A DNA stretch of 64,000 bases, from NCBI GenBank assembly GCA_038229495.1, contig JBBROJ010000007.1, forward strand, positions 3,263 to 67,262, given 5' to 3'. Below are positions 25,153 through 34,103 of this stretch, piece by piece. Position 1 is the stretch's first letter. Every line of letters begins with the position of its first letter. The position numbers and the translations under genes are program-made. Under the pieces are notes generated by a model that had not been told where the DNA came from, did not search any database, and saw only the letters and a program-made list of their open reading frames with translations. This DNA is from Chthonomonadales bacterium (lineage in GTDB: Bacteria > Armatimonadota > Chthonomonadetes > Chthonomonadales > CAJBBX01).

Positions 25153-25503
25153 ATGCCCGACGGATTCGCAAAAGTGAGGCGCGGAGAGAAGCGACCGCTC
25201 TATGGGCAGGTGTCGGTGGCGACGGGAACGCTCACCATCGCTGCCAGCCCTGCCCCGAGCTGCACTGTGTACGATTCAAATGGAACAGCAGTCGCGGGGC
25301 TGTCGGCGGTGGCCGTTACAGCGTTCGACGCCGCCGCCCTCGCCGCGCCGCAAATCTGGCTCGATCTGGATACGACTACACCAGCGGACCTTGCGCCGGG
25401 TTTCTATACGCTCGTCTTCAAGCTGAATGCAACCGGCTCCGATGGAATCGCCCGCATTCTGGAGCCAGCCATAGAGTTTCAGGTGCTGGACGTACGGGCG
25501 TAA
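25153..25503 (+). CDS. Hypothetical Ig-like/beta-sandwich protein (last gene of the phage-like module)
   Basis: 116 aa, preceded by GAGAGGAGG. Beta-rich composition; no family recognised. Confidence 0.4.
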   Translation: MPDGFAKVRRGEKRPLYGQVSVATGTLTIAASPAPSCTVYDSNGTAVAGLSAVAVTAFDAAALAAPQIWLDLDTTTPADLAPGFYTLVFKLNATGSDGIARILEPAIEFQVLDVRA

Positions 25504-25642
25504 CCGCTTGCCCGCTGCTTTCGTCTAACCAGCGTCATTACGAAACGAGCCGCACCGCGGGGAGACTGTGCGAGAGTAGACTTCAAGACGACCTGGTTAT
25601 ACGAAAGCGGTCGGCCTTCCGCCCGCAAGGAGTGAAATCGAA

Positions 25643-26461
25643 ATGAGCGGCATGCATGGTCCTTTGAATCGCGAATCACACGTATCAAGAGTTCGCACGG
25701 TAAGAAATGCAGCGAGACTTACCGCGGTGGCCGGCGCCGCAGCTCTGACAGCCGCGCTGTGCGTGGCCACGCCTGGTTTCTCGCATGCACAGGAGCCTGC
25801 GAAGTCCGCCGGCCAAAGCCAGGACATCAATAGTAAAAGAGTGACTCTAAATCTGGAGAACGCGGACATCCGATATGCCCTCAAGCTTCTGTTCCAGTCG
25901 GCCGGCGCTAACTATACGCTGGGCGGCGGCGTGCAGGGCACGGTTACCGCTTCCCTGTCGGACGTTCCGTTTCGCACCGCCCTGGAGAGCCTGCTTAAAA
26001 GCGTTCAGTCGCAGTCGCCTCTCATCTACCGAGTGGAGAACGGCGTCTATAACGTCACATTGAAACAGGAAGAGGGCCGGATCGTCGACTCGCCCCGGCT
26101 TCCCGAAGAACCGGCGCGGAAACCCTTCAAAGTGGCGGCAATCCAGATCAACTACGCCGACCCGGCGGACATTACGGCAGCACTCGGCGGAGTCATGCTC
26201 GAATCGCGCCTCGGCCGCCTTGCCGGCGCGGGATTGGGTTCCGGAGGCTTTGGCAGCGGCCAGGGCGCCAGACAGGGCGGCGGACAAGGCAATACCGGTG
26301 GCAGCACGAACGGAAGCAGTGGGATCGGAATAGTCAATCTCGGAAGTGGCCTGGGGCAGTTCGGCAGTTCGGGAAACCAATCCGGCGCGAGCGGTACCGG
26401 ACTCCTGGGCAATTTCGGCTCCGGCAATAACAACGGCGGCGGCAACGGCGCGCGCCGCTGA
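25643..26461 (+). CDS. Secretin N-terminal-domain-like secreted protein with Gly-rich tail; lacks a secretin beta-barrel domain
   Basis: Signal peptide, then VTLNLENADIRYALKLLFQSAGANYTL...VTASLSDVPFRTALESLL (STN/N0-like). Next comes KVAAIQINYADPADITAAL (N1-like), then about 85 aa of G/S/N-rich sequence and the stop. It is paralogous in layout to the N-terminal half of the secretin at 54246. Confidence 0.55.
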   Translation: MSGMHGPLNRESHVSRVRTVRNAARLTAVAGAAALTAALCVATPGFSHAQEPAKSAGQSQDINSKRVTLNLENADIRYALKLLFQSAGANYTLGGGVQGTVTASLSDVPFRTALESLLKSVQSQSPLIYRVENGVYNVTLKQEEGRIVDSPRLPEEPARKPFKVAAIQINYADPADITAALGGVMLESRLGRLAGAGLGSGGFGSGQGARQGGGQGNTGGSTNGSSGIGIVNLGSGLGQFGSSGNQSGASGTGLLGNFGSGNNNGGGNGARR

Positions 26462-26581
26462 TTCGAATAACTCGAGTTAAGAGGCGCTGCGCTGATAATT
26501 GCGCAGCGCGTCTTCATCTGTATGCTCGGAACGACTTGCGCGGACGAAGGTATCCTTTAGTCCCCTGTCGAAACGAAACTC

Positions 26582-27589
26582 ATGGCAACCGAGACTTCGC
26601 CGTCGGCTTCCCCGCTATCTGCCAAGAATAGCGCCGGAGCAGGCCGCTCTCGCACCGGACGTACCGAACGGCGCGACACGCTTAACGGCCTCATGTTCTG
26701 CGCGCCGGCTATTGTCGGGCTGATCGGACTCACGCTCTACCCTCTCTGCGCTTCGCTCTACTACAGCTTCTGCTCCTATTCGGTGCTCAAGCCCGCGAAA
26801 TGGGTGGGAATCGGAAACTACCGCCTCATCTTCAGTGACATCGCGCACCACGGCCAGTTATACGAATCGATTCTGAATTCGCTTTTCTATGCATCTCTCG
26901 CGGTGCCGCTCGGCATCGCCACCGCTTTCGCGCTCGCCATGCTGCTGAATCAGAAGGTGCGCGGACTGGCTTTCTTTCGAACGCTCTTCTACGTCCCCTC
27001 CGTTTTGCCCGTCGTCGCCTCTTCCGTCCTCTGGCTCTGGCTTCTGAACCCGCAGCACGGCATGATCAATCTCATACTGGAATGGACGCGGGTGGATCGG
27101 CTGATTGCGGCGGTTGGAATCAAGACCCCGCTGGGGTGGATAGCGGATCCCGCGTGGTCCAAGCCCGCGCTCGTCCTCATGAGCTTGTGGGGCGTCGGAA
27201 ACGCGACCGTTATCTTCCTGGCCGGCCTCCAGAACGTTCCCGTCGAGCTCTACGAGGCGGCTGAGTTGGACGGCGCAAGCCCCTGGCAGCGGACACGCAA
27301 TGTTACGTTCCCAATGGTAAGCCCTCAGATTCTCTTTATGCTAGTGATGGGGATGATTGGCGCGCTGCAATATTTCACGCAGGCATGGATTATCTCAAAT
27401 GGCACGGGTGGTCCAGCCAACTCAACCATGATGTACCCCATGTACCTGTTTCAGAACGCCTTCCAATTCTTCAAAATGGGTTATGCCTGCGCGATGGCAT
27501 GGCTCATGTTCGTCGTTATCGTCGCCGCGACCGCCCTGCTCTTCAAGACCACCGCCCGCTACGTGTATTACGGCGGCGACGCCCGGTAG
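26582..27589 (+). CDS. Carbohydrate ABC transporter permease (MalF/UgpA-like)
   Basis: 335 aa with 6 TM segments. The EAA loop (ELYEAAELDGASPWQRTRNVTFP) is present. Confidence 0.85.
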   Translation: MATETSPSASPLSAKNSAGAGRSRTGRTERRDTLNGLMFCAPAIVGLIGLTLYPLCASLYYSFCSYSVLKPAKWVGIGNYRLIFSDIAHHGQLYESILNSLFYASLAVPLGIATAFALAMLLNQKVRGLAFFRTLFYVPSVLPVVASSVLWLWLLNPQHGMINLILEWTRVDRLIAAVGIKTPLGWIADPAWSKPALVLMSLWGVGNATVIFLAGLQNVPVELYEAAELDGASPWQRTRNVTFPMVSPQILFMLVMGMIGALQYFTQAWIISNGTGGPANSTMMYPMYLFQNAFQFFKMGYACAMAWLMFVVIVAATALLFKTTARYVYYGGDAR

Positions 27590-27690
27590 ACGCGCTCCCC
27601 GTAGCCTCTACAACAATTTCCGGCATTCCCTTCGATGAGAATTGGCAGTTTGGCCCAGGATATTGCCGAATGCCACCGGGTCAGAGATCT

Positions 27691-28605
27691 TTACCGATAG
27701 CCGCTGATCCAGTCGAACTCGCCCTTGTCCCACGACTCGGTGACGGCGATTGCTTCTGGTACAAGCGCCTCGCGCTCCGCTTCGGAAAGCGTTGGTGGAT
27801 TGCTCTTGATGATTCGGACCTTCTGCTCGAGCTGCTCGACGCTGTCCGAACCAATGATCATGGTGTCCACCGGAACGTGCAGCGCGTGGCGGAGGTAAGG
27901 CTCAACCGATGCCGCATGCTTGACCCGCCCCGCGCCGAACACCTTCATTCCAAACACCGCCATGCCGCGTTCACGCGCGACCGGAAGAACCGTATCCACG
28001 AACCGGTAGTTGTAGGCATGATTGAAGAGGCCGATAGGAAACAGCACGGCGTCAAATGCATATTCCGTCAGTATGCGCGCCATCACGTCCTTCACCCAGT
28101 GCCCGGAAATGCCTATATGGCGAATATGCCCCGTCGCCCTCAATTCCTCGACGGCCTTTAGAACGCTGTTCGGCCCCATGATCTGTTGGCGCTGCTCTTC
28201 GGAATCGAGCGAATGGACGAACATTAGGTTGACATGGTCCGTCCGCAGCCTCTTGAAGGAGGTTTCCATCTGACGCATAGCGCCATCGTACGTACGATCA
28301 ATGACCTTTGTGTTCAGCCAGACCTGATCCCTGCGGCCCTCCAGCGCCAGGCCCAATTTTCGCTCGCTCTCGCCGTCCCCATAAATGTGGGCCGTGTCGA
28401 ACGTATTGACGCCGAGCTCCATCGCGCGATGAATCAGCGCGACAGCCTCGGCGTCGGTGCAGTCTGTATCCCACTTGACTCCGCCCAGCGTCAGCACGCT
28501 TGCATTCCAGCCCAAGCGGCCAAGCGGCCGCCGCGGCATGGGCGCGAGAAGGGTATTCTCTGAAGATTGCGGCGTCAGGACGGCGGTCATCGGCGGGCTC
28601 CTCAA
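27691..28605 (-). CDS. Aldo/keto reductase
   Basis: 304 aa. LGGVKW, FDTAHIYGDGESE and GISGH motifs. The start is possibly at M23 (28539). Confidence 0.85.
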   Translation of the reverse strand: MRSPPMTAVLTPQSSENTLLAPMPRRPLGRLGWNASVLTLGGVKWDTDCTDAEAVALIHRAMELGVNTFDTAHIYGDGESERKLGLALEGRRDQVWLNTKVIDRTYDGAMRQMETSFKRLRTDHVNLMFVHSLDSEEQRQQIMGPNSVLKAVEELRATGHIRHIGISGHWVKDVMARILTEYAFDAVLFPIGLFNHAYNYRFVDTVLPVARERGMAVFGMKVFGAGRVKHAASVEPYLRHALHVPVDTMIIGSDSVEQLEQKVRIIKSNPPTLSEAEREALVPEAIAVTESWDKGEFDWISGYR

Positions 28606-28731
28606 AGGTCGGCAGGCTGGAAGTTTAATTCGAAAGTCACGAAGAAGAGCATCTTAGATTCTATGGATTTTATTCTACCCGTTGAGGAATACGCCGTCGT
28701 TTGCCGTTAAATCGGCAGGAAGTCTACGTAA

Positions 28732-28983
28732 TTACAGGCGTGAGAGCGGATCAGAAAGAATGTTCTGTTTCACGGCTGTGAGCTGCGGCTCCACGTCGAG
28801 CAGCTTGATGACGCGCACGGCGGTGTATGGAAAGAGAAGCATCTCGCCGTTATCCTTGGCTAGCTGTATCCAGTTGCCGTCCATATCGACAACCGTACCC
28901 GTGTCAGTGCGCTCCTGGCTACCCGGCGCGCCACTCAATACGGTAACATGGCGACCGGCGAAAGCCGTACTAAACGTGCTCAT
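28732..28983 (-). CDS. Small hypothetical protein
   Basis: 83 aa ORF with normal GC. No family recognised. Confidence 0.35.
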   Translation of the reverse strand: MSTFSTAFAGRHVTVLSGAPGSQERTDTGTVVDMDGNWIQLAKDNGEMLLFPYTAVRVIKLLDVEPQLTAVKQNILSDPLSRL

Positions 28984-29447
28984 AGGGATCCTCTTTATTC
29001 GGTTACAAATTAGGGTTGTATAACAATGAGCCCAGATTATTCATGAACACCGCATAGGGAACAACGTCCGTCGCACACCATAGCGCCGCTCTCCACCTGA
29101 ACATTCCGCTCTAACGGAATACCTCCCCGCTAAAAGGACGCTCGCCGATTGTGCAAAGTTCCTCGTAGGTGGAACCATATTGCCCCAAATGACCATCGAA
29201 CCACAACTATTGATGAAAATGTAACAGTTCAGCGCCGTATTATCCGGTGAAAGGCAGAATATCCGTGCTCGAATTAGCGAGAAATGAATGCAAGAAATGC
29301 GAAAGTGGGTTGGATAGTTCGTAAGTTTGATTATCGACATCGAGCTTACGAGTTCCGACATGAATCTGCATCCACTATTTTTCCCAAAGGAAGCCTGCCC
29401 GATAAGAGGCATCGAGGGAGTCGGCAACACAAGCAACATCCGAGCCC

Positions 29448-29702
29448 ATGACACACCCCATCAACGCTGGCGCACCACCTGTCGCCGGCCGCCAAAGAGC
29501 GCCCTTGCATCGGCTCAAAACAGACGAGACGACGGTCCTTCTTGTCGTTACCATGTTGGTTTATGGCTGCCCGGTGCAAGCCATCGCGCAGGCATTCGGC
29601 TTTGACGAGCGCACAGTCAGGAATTGGAATGGCCGAGCAGGCAGACATTGCGAGCGTGTGCACGACTTGCTGGTAGCAGAGTATCCATGGGACCTCGTAT
29701 AA
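29448..29702 (+). pseudogene. Transposase N-terminal HTH fragment (remnant)
   Basis: 84 aa. VYGCPVQAIAQAFGFDERTVRNW is an HTH typical of IS transposase N-termini. No catalytic domain follows, and it is adjacent to an AT-rich tract. Confidence 0.5.
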
Positions 29703-29811
29703 GCGGTGGCAGTCGACGTTCGGCTCCGCTTGCCCCTCCGCAATGGATTCGCCGATCCGTTGGATCGTCCCGGACTCGGCGTGGACTCGGAAGAGGAGAA
29801 ACTCCGTTCAC

Positions 29812-29855
29812 TTGATACCCCGCCTTAACCACGTTATAATCTAGACAGACTAGAT
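29812..29855 (+). promoter_or_regulatory. Promoter TTGATA-17 nt-TATAAT overlapping inverted repeat ATCTAG-N5-CTAGAT (candidate VapB operator)
   Basis: Hexamers at 29812-29817 and 29835-29840 and the inverted repeat at 29839-29855 are read directly. It lies 20 nt upstream of the antitoxin ATG. Confidence 0.6.
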
Positions 29856-29875
29856 AGAGCGGGAGAGGGCATCCT

Positions 29876-30130
29876 ATGGCACGCGTGTGGCAGCTTCAAG
29901 AAGCAAAGAATAGGTTCAGCGAAGTCGTGGAGGAAGCGATCAAGCATGGGCCGCAAGTCATTACTAAACGCGGAGTCGAGACCGTTGTAATCCTCTCAAC
30001 CGCTGAATATCGCAAAATGACCATCAGTCGGACAAAACTCTCCGACTTCTTTCGCGAGTCGCCCTTATGCGAAGTAGACCTTGATCTGGCGTGCGATAAA
30101 AACGGCTGGCGAGCAGATTCCGCCTTATGA
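29876..30130 (+). CDS. vapB: Type II antitoxin (Phd/YefM-type)
   Basis: 84 aa. The WQLQEAKNRFSEVVEEA...PQVITKRG..VVILS motif is present. It overlaps the PIN gene by 4 nt. Confidence 0.8.
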   Translation: MARVWQLQEAKNRFSEVVEEAIKHGPQVITKRGVETVVILSTAEYRKMTISRTKLSDFFRESPLCEVDLDLACDKNGWRADSAL

Positions 30131-30555
30131 ACTACGTGCTCGATACCAATGTCATTTCAGAATTCATAGCGAAGCAGCCGAACCAGGAGGTAATCGCGTG
30201 GCTCGACAGCCTCGATCCAAATTCGATCTACCTGACGGTGATCACCATTGGCGAGATTCGGAAGGGTATTGAAAAACTCCCGCCTTCGAAACGCAGAGAT
30301 TCGATCAAAGAATGGCTGGAAACGGATTTCCTGCTCCGGTTTCAGGGGCGAATTTTAAACATTACAATAGGGGTAATGCTGGCATGGGGAGAGCTTGTCG
30401 GGCGATTGGAGAATGCGGGGCAGCCAATATCCGCGATAGATTCTCTCGTTGCAGCAATTGCGTTCGAGGGAGACTTAACGCTTGTCACCCGAAATGACAG
30501 TGACGTTCAGCATACGGGCATCAAGATTATCAATCCCTGGAAACATGTGAACTGA
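30127..30555 (+). CDS. vapC: PIN-domain ribonuclease toxin VapC
   Basis: 142 aa. N-terminal YVLDTNVISE and C-terminal LVTRN motifs. Confidence 0.85.
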   Translation: MNYVLDTNVISEFIAKQPNQEVIAWLDSLDPNSIYLTVITIGEIRKGIEKLPPSKRRDSIKEWLETDFLLRFQGRILNITIGVMLAWGELVGRLENAGQPISAIDSLVAAIAFEGDLTLVTRNDSDVQHTGIKIINPWKHVN

Positions 30556-30571
30556 ACAGACAGGTTGCTTA

Positions 30572-31861
30572 TCAAGGAATCTTATCCAGCGGAGGCGCAG
30601 CTTGTTCAATCGAAATAGATGGCTGCCGGGTCAATCCAATGAGCGCTATTCCACAGAATGCCGCGCCCGCATAAAAAGTGTACGAAGCGCCGAGACGATC
30701 CCACAAAAGCCCCGCGACCGCGCTTGCCGCGAGCATTGCCAGCCCGCTCGCCAGGTTGAAGAATCCGTAGGCTGTCCCGCGCAGGTCCCTCGGAGAAGCG
30801 TCGGCCACCATCGTGACCAACAGCCCCTGCGTCATTCCCATGTGCAGCCCCCACAATCCAACCCCTGCCAGAATAGCGCTCCAATGGTCGCTCGGGGCCA
30901 GAAATAGATCCGCCGCAATCAGGACGAATAGGCCCCGCGACAGCAGCGTCGCGTGGTTCATTTTGTCGGAGAGTTTGCCGAACGGGTAGGCGGACAGCGC
31001 ATAGATCAGGTTCATCGCGACCATGACGAGCGGTACGAGCGCGATAGGGATGCCTCCCTGCCGGGCGCGCAGCACGAGAAACGCTTCGCTGAATCGTGCC
31101 AGTGTGAAAATCGAGCCGATTCCAACCACGCGCCAATAGCCTGGCCCCAGGCGCTTGAGGTTCTCCCGCCGGATCGGGTTGACGCGTCTCTCATTCTGCT
31201 CGCGTAGAGGCTCCTTTACGCCGAGCAGCAGAATCACGACGGCCATCAGTCCCGGAATGACGGCCACCCGGAATACGGCCCTGAAATCGCCTGCCCAATG
31301 CAGCATGAGGCCTACGGCCAGCAATGGACCGAGAAAAGCGCCGACCGTATCGAGGGATTGACGCAGTCCGAAAGCCGCGCCGCGAAGATGTGGAGGCGTA
31401 ATGTCCGCGACGAGAGCATCGCGCGGCGCGCCACGGATGCCCTTCCCGATCCTGTCGAGTAAGCGGGCAGTCAGCACGACGCCGACACTCTGGGCTAAAG
31501 CGAAGAGCGGCTTGGTCAACGCCCCCATCGCGTAGCCGAACAGAGCCAGCCCTTTTCGCCGTCCCAGATAGTCGCTCAATGTGCCTGAGAACACTTTGAC
31601 GATGAGAGCCGTGGATTCGGCCAGCCCCTCGATAATGCCGACCGCGAACGCGCTTGCGCCGAGCGTGGTGACCATGAATAGGGGCAGCAGACTGTGGATC
31701 ATTTCCGAAGAGATGTCCATTAGCATGCTTACAAAGCCCAGCGCCCAGACGCCGGGAGGAATCGCGCGCAGTGGGCTGCCGGGATGTAGGGGGAGTTTCA
31801 AGGATTCGCGCCCTCGCCTGATTCGCGTACCAGATCGTGATCGGAGCAACCCCATCTCCAT
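30572..31861 (-). CDS. MFS transporter
   Basis: 12-TM protein with VWALGFVSMLMDISSEMIHSLLPLF. The start is placed at M56 of the 484 aa ORF; the upstream part is Arg-rich and crosses the tRNA-like repeat. Confidence 0.75.
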   Translation of the reverse strand: MEMGLLRSRSGTRIRRGRESLKLPLHPGSPLRAIPPGVWALGFVSMLMDISSEMIHSLLPLFMVTTLGASAFAVGIIEGLAESTALIVKVFSGTLSDYLGRRKGLALFGYAMGALTKPLFALAQSVGVVLTARLLDRIGKGIRGAPRDALVADITPPHLRGAAFGLRQSLDTVGAFLGPLLAVGLMLHWAGDFRAVFRVAVIPGLMAVVILLLGVKEPLREQNERRVNPIRRENLKRLGPGYWRVVGIGSIFTLARFSEAFLVLRARQGGIPIALVPLVMVAMNLIYALSAYPFGKLSDKMNHATLLSRGLFVLIAADLFLAPSDHWSAILAGVGLWGLHMGMTQGLLVTMVADASPRDLRGTAYGFFNLASGLAMLAASAVAGLLWDRLGASYTFYAGAAFCGIALIGLTRQPSISIEQAAPPLDKIP

Positions 31862-31973
31862 ATCCCCATCGATGCGCACATGAGTGCCTCGATGGGAACA
31901 AGGAGTTGGGAGATAGGATCTTGGTTGAAACCGGAGGGATCGATGGAGCAGTCGCCATGAAGAGCTGACATAA

Positions 31974-32005
31974 ACGGTACGAGATTTGAGATTGTGACCT
32001 CTTCC
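31974..32005 (-). repeat. Decayed copy of the 3' half of tRNA-Val (att-like direct repeat)
   Basis: ACGGTACGAGATTTGAGATTGTGACCTCTTCC compared with tRNA gene 33119-33150 GCGGTACAAGATTTGAACTTGTGACCTCTTCC. That is 28 of 32 identical, in the same orientation. Confidence 0.7.
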
Positions 32006-32057
32006 TCGGCATGGAAGAGGCCACAATTACCCCAACTAGCAGGAGAGCAGTAACGGG

Positions 32058-32913
32058 TTAGTCAGTAAACCACTGCACGCCATTCAACATGTCGGCGGCT
32101 ACCTGGCCGCATGGCAGAGTTTTGGAACCGCCAATTATCATAACCTGGTTCGGATCGGCGCACCACTTTGACCAGTCGGCCTGATTTCTGGGAGCGGCGA
32201 CCCTCCCCGACGGCACAAAGTACCCGTTCAAGAAATTGGAAACCTTCGCCGCGCGCCAGCCCATGTTCTTGGCGTGTCCATCAACGTAGGACATGTTGTA
32301 GCGGCCCCCGTGAACCAACCCGCCGTTCGAATTTGCCGCCGATCGTCGCAGAATCGTGTTTGCGCTGAGATCGTAGAGGACATAGGAACCGGAGTCGCCG
32401 AAGGCGAAGGTGTCGGCGGTGGCTGCGAACGCCGCGAGAGCTTTACCCGGGTGATAGATGTCTCCGTTAGAACTAAACTGAATCGCGGTGTATAGTCCGC
32501 CGCTGTTATCCGTAAAAAGAGCCGGGCCGAAATTATAGCCTATACCCCAGCACCTGTCTGTCTGGGACGCGCCCCCAATAATGCCCAGGTCACAGCCTTT
32601 GTCACTGCGGCTGGGGCAATAGAAGATGTCCTTGTTCTTTATATAGGGCTGAATCTGAAGACGCGCCTCATCGATGTGGAATCCCCCCCGCATCATTATA
32701 TTCCCGCTCGGATGGCAAAGTTTCGTCATAATCCTGGGCGTACATAAGCATGCCGGTGGTTGTTTGCTTCGTGTTGGAAAGGCATGAGGAGCGTCGCGCA
32801 CCTTCCCTGGCCTGCGCGAACACCGGGAAGAGAATCGCTGCGAGAATGGCTATAATCGCGATAACAACAAGCAGCTCGATCAGCGTGAAGCCTGTCGTAC
32901 GATTACTGTTCAT
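32058..32913 (-). pseudogene. DUF1559 / prepilin-type N-terminal methylation-motif protein, frameshifted in a homopolymer
   Basis: ORF 32668..32913 ([37 protein letters not shown]...) and ORF 32058..32801 (..[24 protein letters not shown]...VDGHAKN) are two frames of one gene. They join at C7 (32683-32689). Removing one base restores ...[12 protein letters not shown]... Confidence 0.8.
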
Positions 32914-33112
32914 CCATATTCTACCTTTCTGAAGATGGCTGCCTCTGGCAACCGGCGTGAACGCTCGCTTACTATCACAGATACCGTAGAATTGCTATGC
33001 GTGCAGTTGTAGGTAATTGCGGCTCCTCGAGCCGAAACACCATATCAAATTGAATGCGAAAGAATAATTAACTGGACGTCGAGGCTCGAAAGAGGGTTAA
33101 AAGGAGGGTATT

Positions 33113-33187
<75 letters not shown>

Positions 33188-33497
33188 ACATTGATGGAGA
33201 ATATGACTGCTAATATAACAGAAATTGGTGCCAAAATCAAGAGACTTGGATGATAATTACAGGTTAGCGATTTGCCCTGAGACCCCCATCCACTTCCCTC
33301 AAGACCAGGGGAAGGGATGACTGTGGCGAAGCTGCGAGACTTGCGCATTAGCTCCCCCTGTCCGGAAATTGGGAGCAAGCGAACCGCGCTCCGAAGCCGC
33401 GCAGGAGCGAGGGGCCGGGGGATGGGGGGGGCGCCCATAGGCGATTCTCATTAAGACTGAACAGATAACTTTTGCAAAAGTCCGCTGCGCCGGGGGA

Positions 33498-33569
33498 GCG
33501 AGGCGCTGAAGTGACGACGGCTTCGTGGCTGCGAGGCGCTCCCAATCTTCCTGCCGGACGAAAAACACT
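33498..33569 (+). repeat. MITE-like dispersed repeat, short copy C (72 bp)
   Basis: GCGAGGCGCTGAAGTGAC...CCCAATCTTCCTGCCGGACGAAAAACACT matches both termini of copy A (4721-4860) but lacks its central blocks. Confidence 0.65.
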
Positions 33570-33595
33570 CATGTTATAGATCTACGGGATGAGGG

Positions 33596-34072
33596 CTACG
33601 AGTGGCGGATGTTCAGTATCTCGTAACGCGCAGTTCCGTCCGGGATTCGTATCTCTACCGAATCACCCGCCTTCAGTCCAACTAGCTCCTGGCCAACCGG
33701 GGACTGCACCGAGATGCGGTCGTTCACGGGATCCGCCTGGTGCGCGTCGACGAGAAAATACTCCCATTCATCGCCGGTTTCCAGATCACGCACCATGACT
33801 ATCGCGCCAAGGCCGATCTCGTTGCTTACGGTCACTGCGTCGGGTACTACTTTTGCAAGTTCCAGCGTCTTCTCGAGGTCGGCGATCTTGCCGTTGAGAA
33901 TGCCCTGGTCACGGCGCGCGGCGTGATATTCAAAATTCTCCGACAAATCCCCGTAAGCGCGCGCCTTCCGCAGCGCCTCCGCCATCTCCGCGCGCTTGAC
34001 GGTTTTCATATGCTCCAAATCCTGCTGAAGCTTTTGAACACTGCTCTCCGTAAGAATTATCTCATCCGCCAT
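33596..34072 (-). CDS. greA: Transcription elongation factor GreA
   Basis: 158 aa from M50 of the ORF. RKARAYGDLSENFEYHAAR is the GreA signature. An AAGGAG SD precedes the ATG at 34072. Confidence 0.9.
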   Translation of the reverse strand: MADEIILTESSVQKLQQDLEHMKTVKRAEMAEALRKARAYGDLSENFEYHAARRDQGILNGKIADLEKTLELAKVVPDAVTVSNEIGLGAIVMVRDLETGDEWEYFLVDAHQADPVNDRISVQSPVGQELVGLKAGDSVEIRIPDGTARYEILNIRHS

Positions 34073-34103
34073 CGGCTGATTATGCTCCTTATTGCGTAGC
34101 GCT

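Noticed and set aside
29041-29454. 137-aa minus-strand ORF and a 55-aa plus-strand ORF in the AT-rich tract
   Set aside because: They have atypical composition, no RBS and no motifs. They are more likely non-coding remnant DNA; left unannotated.
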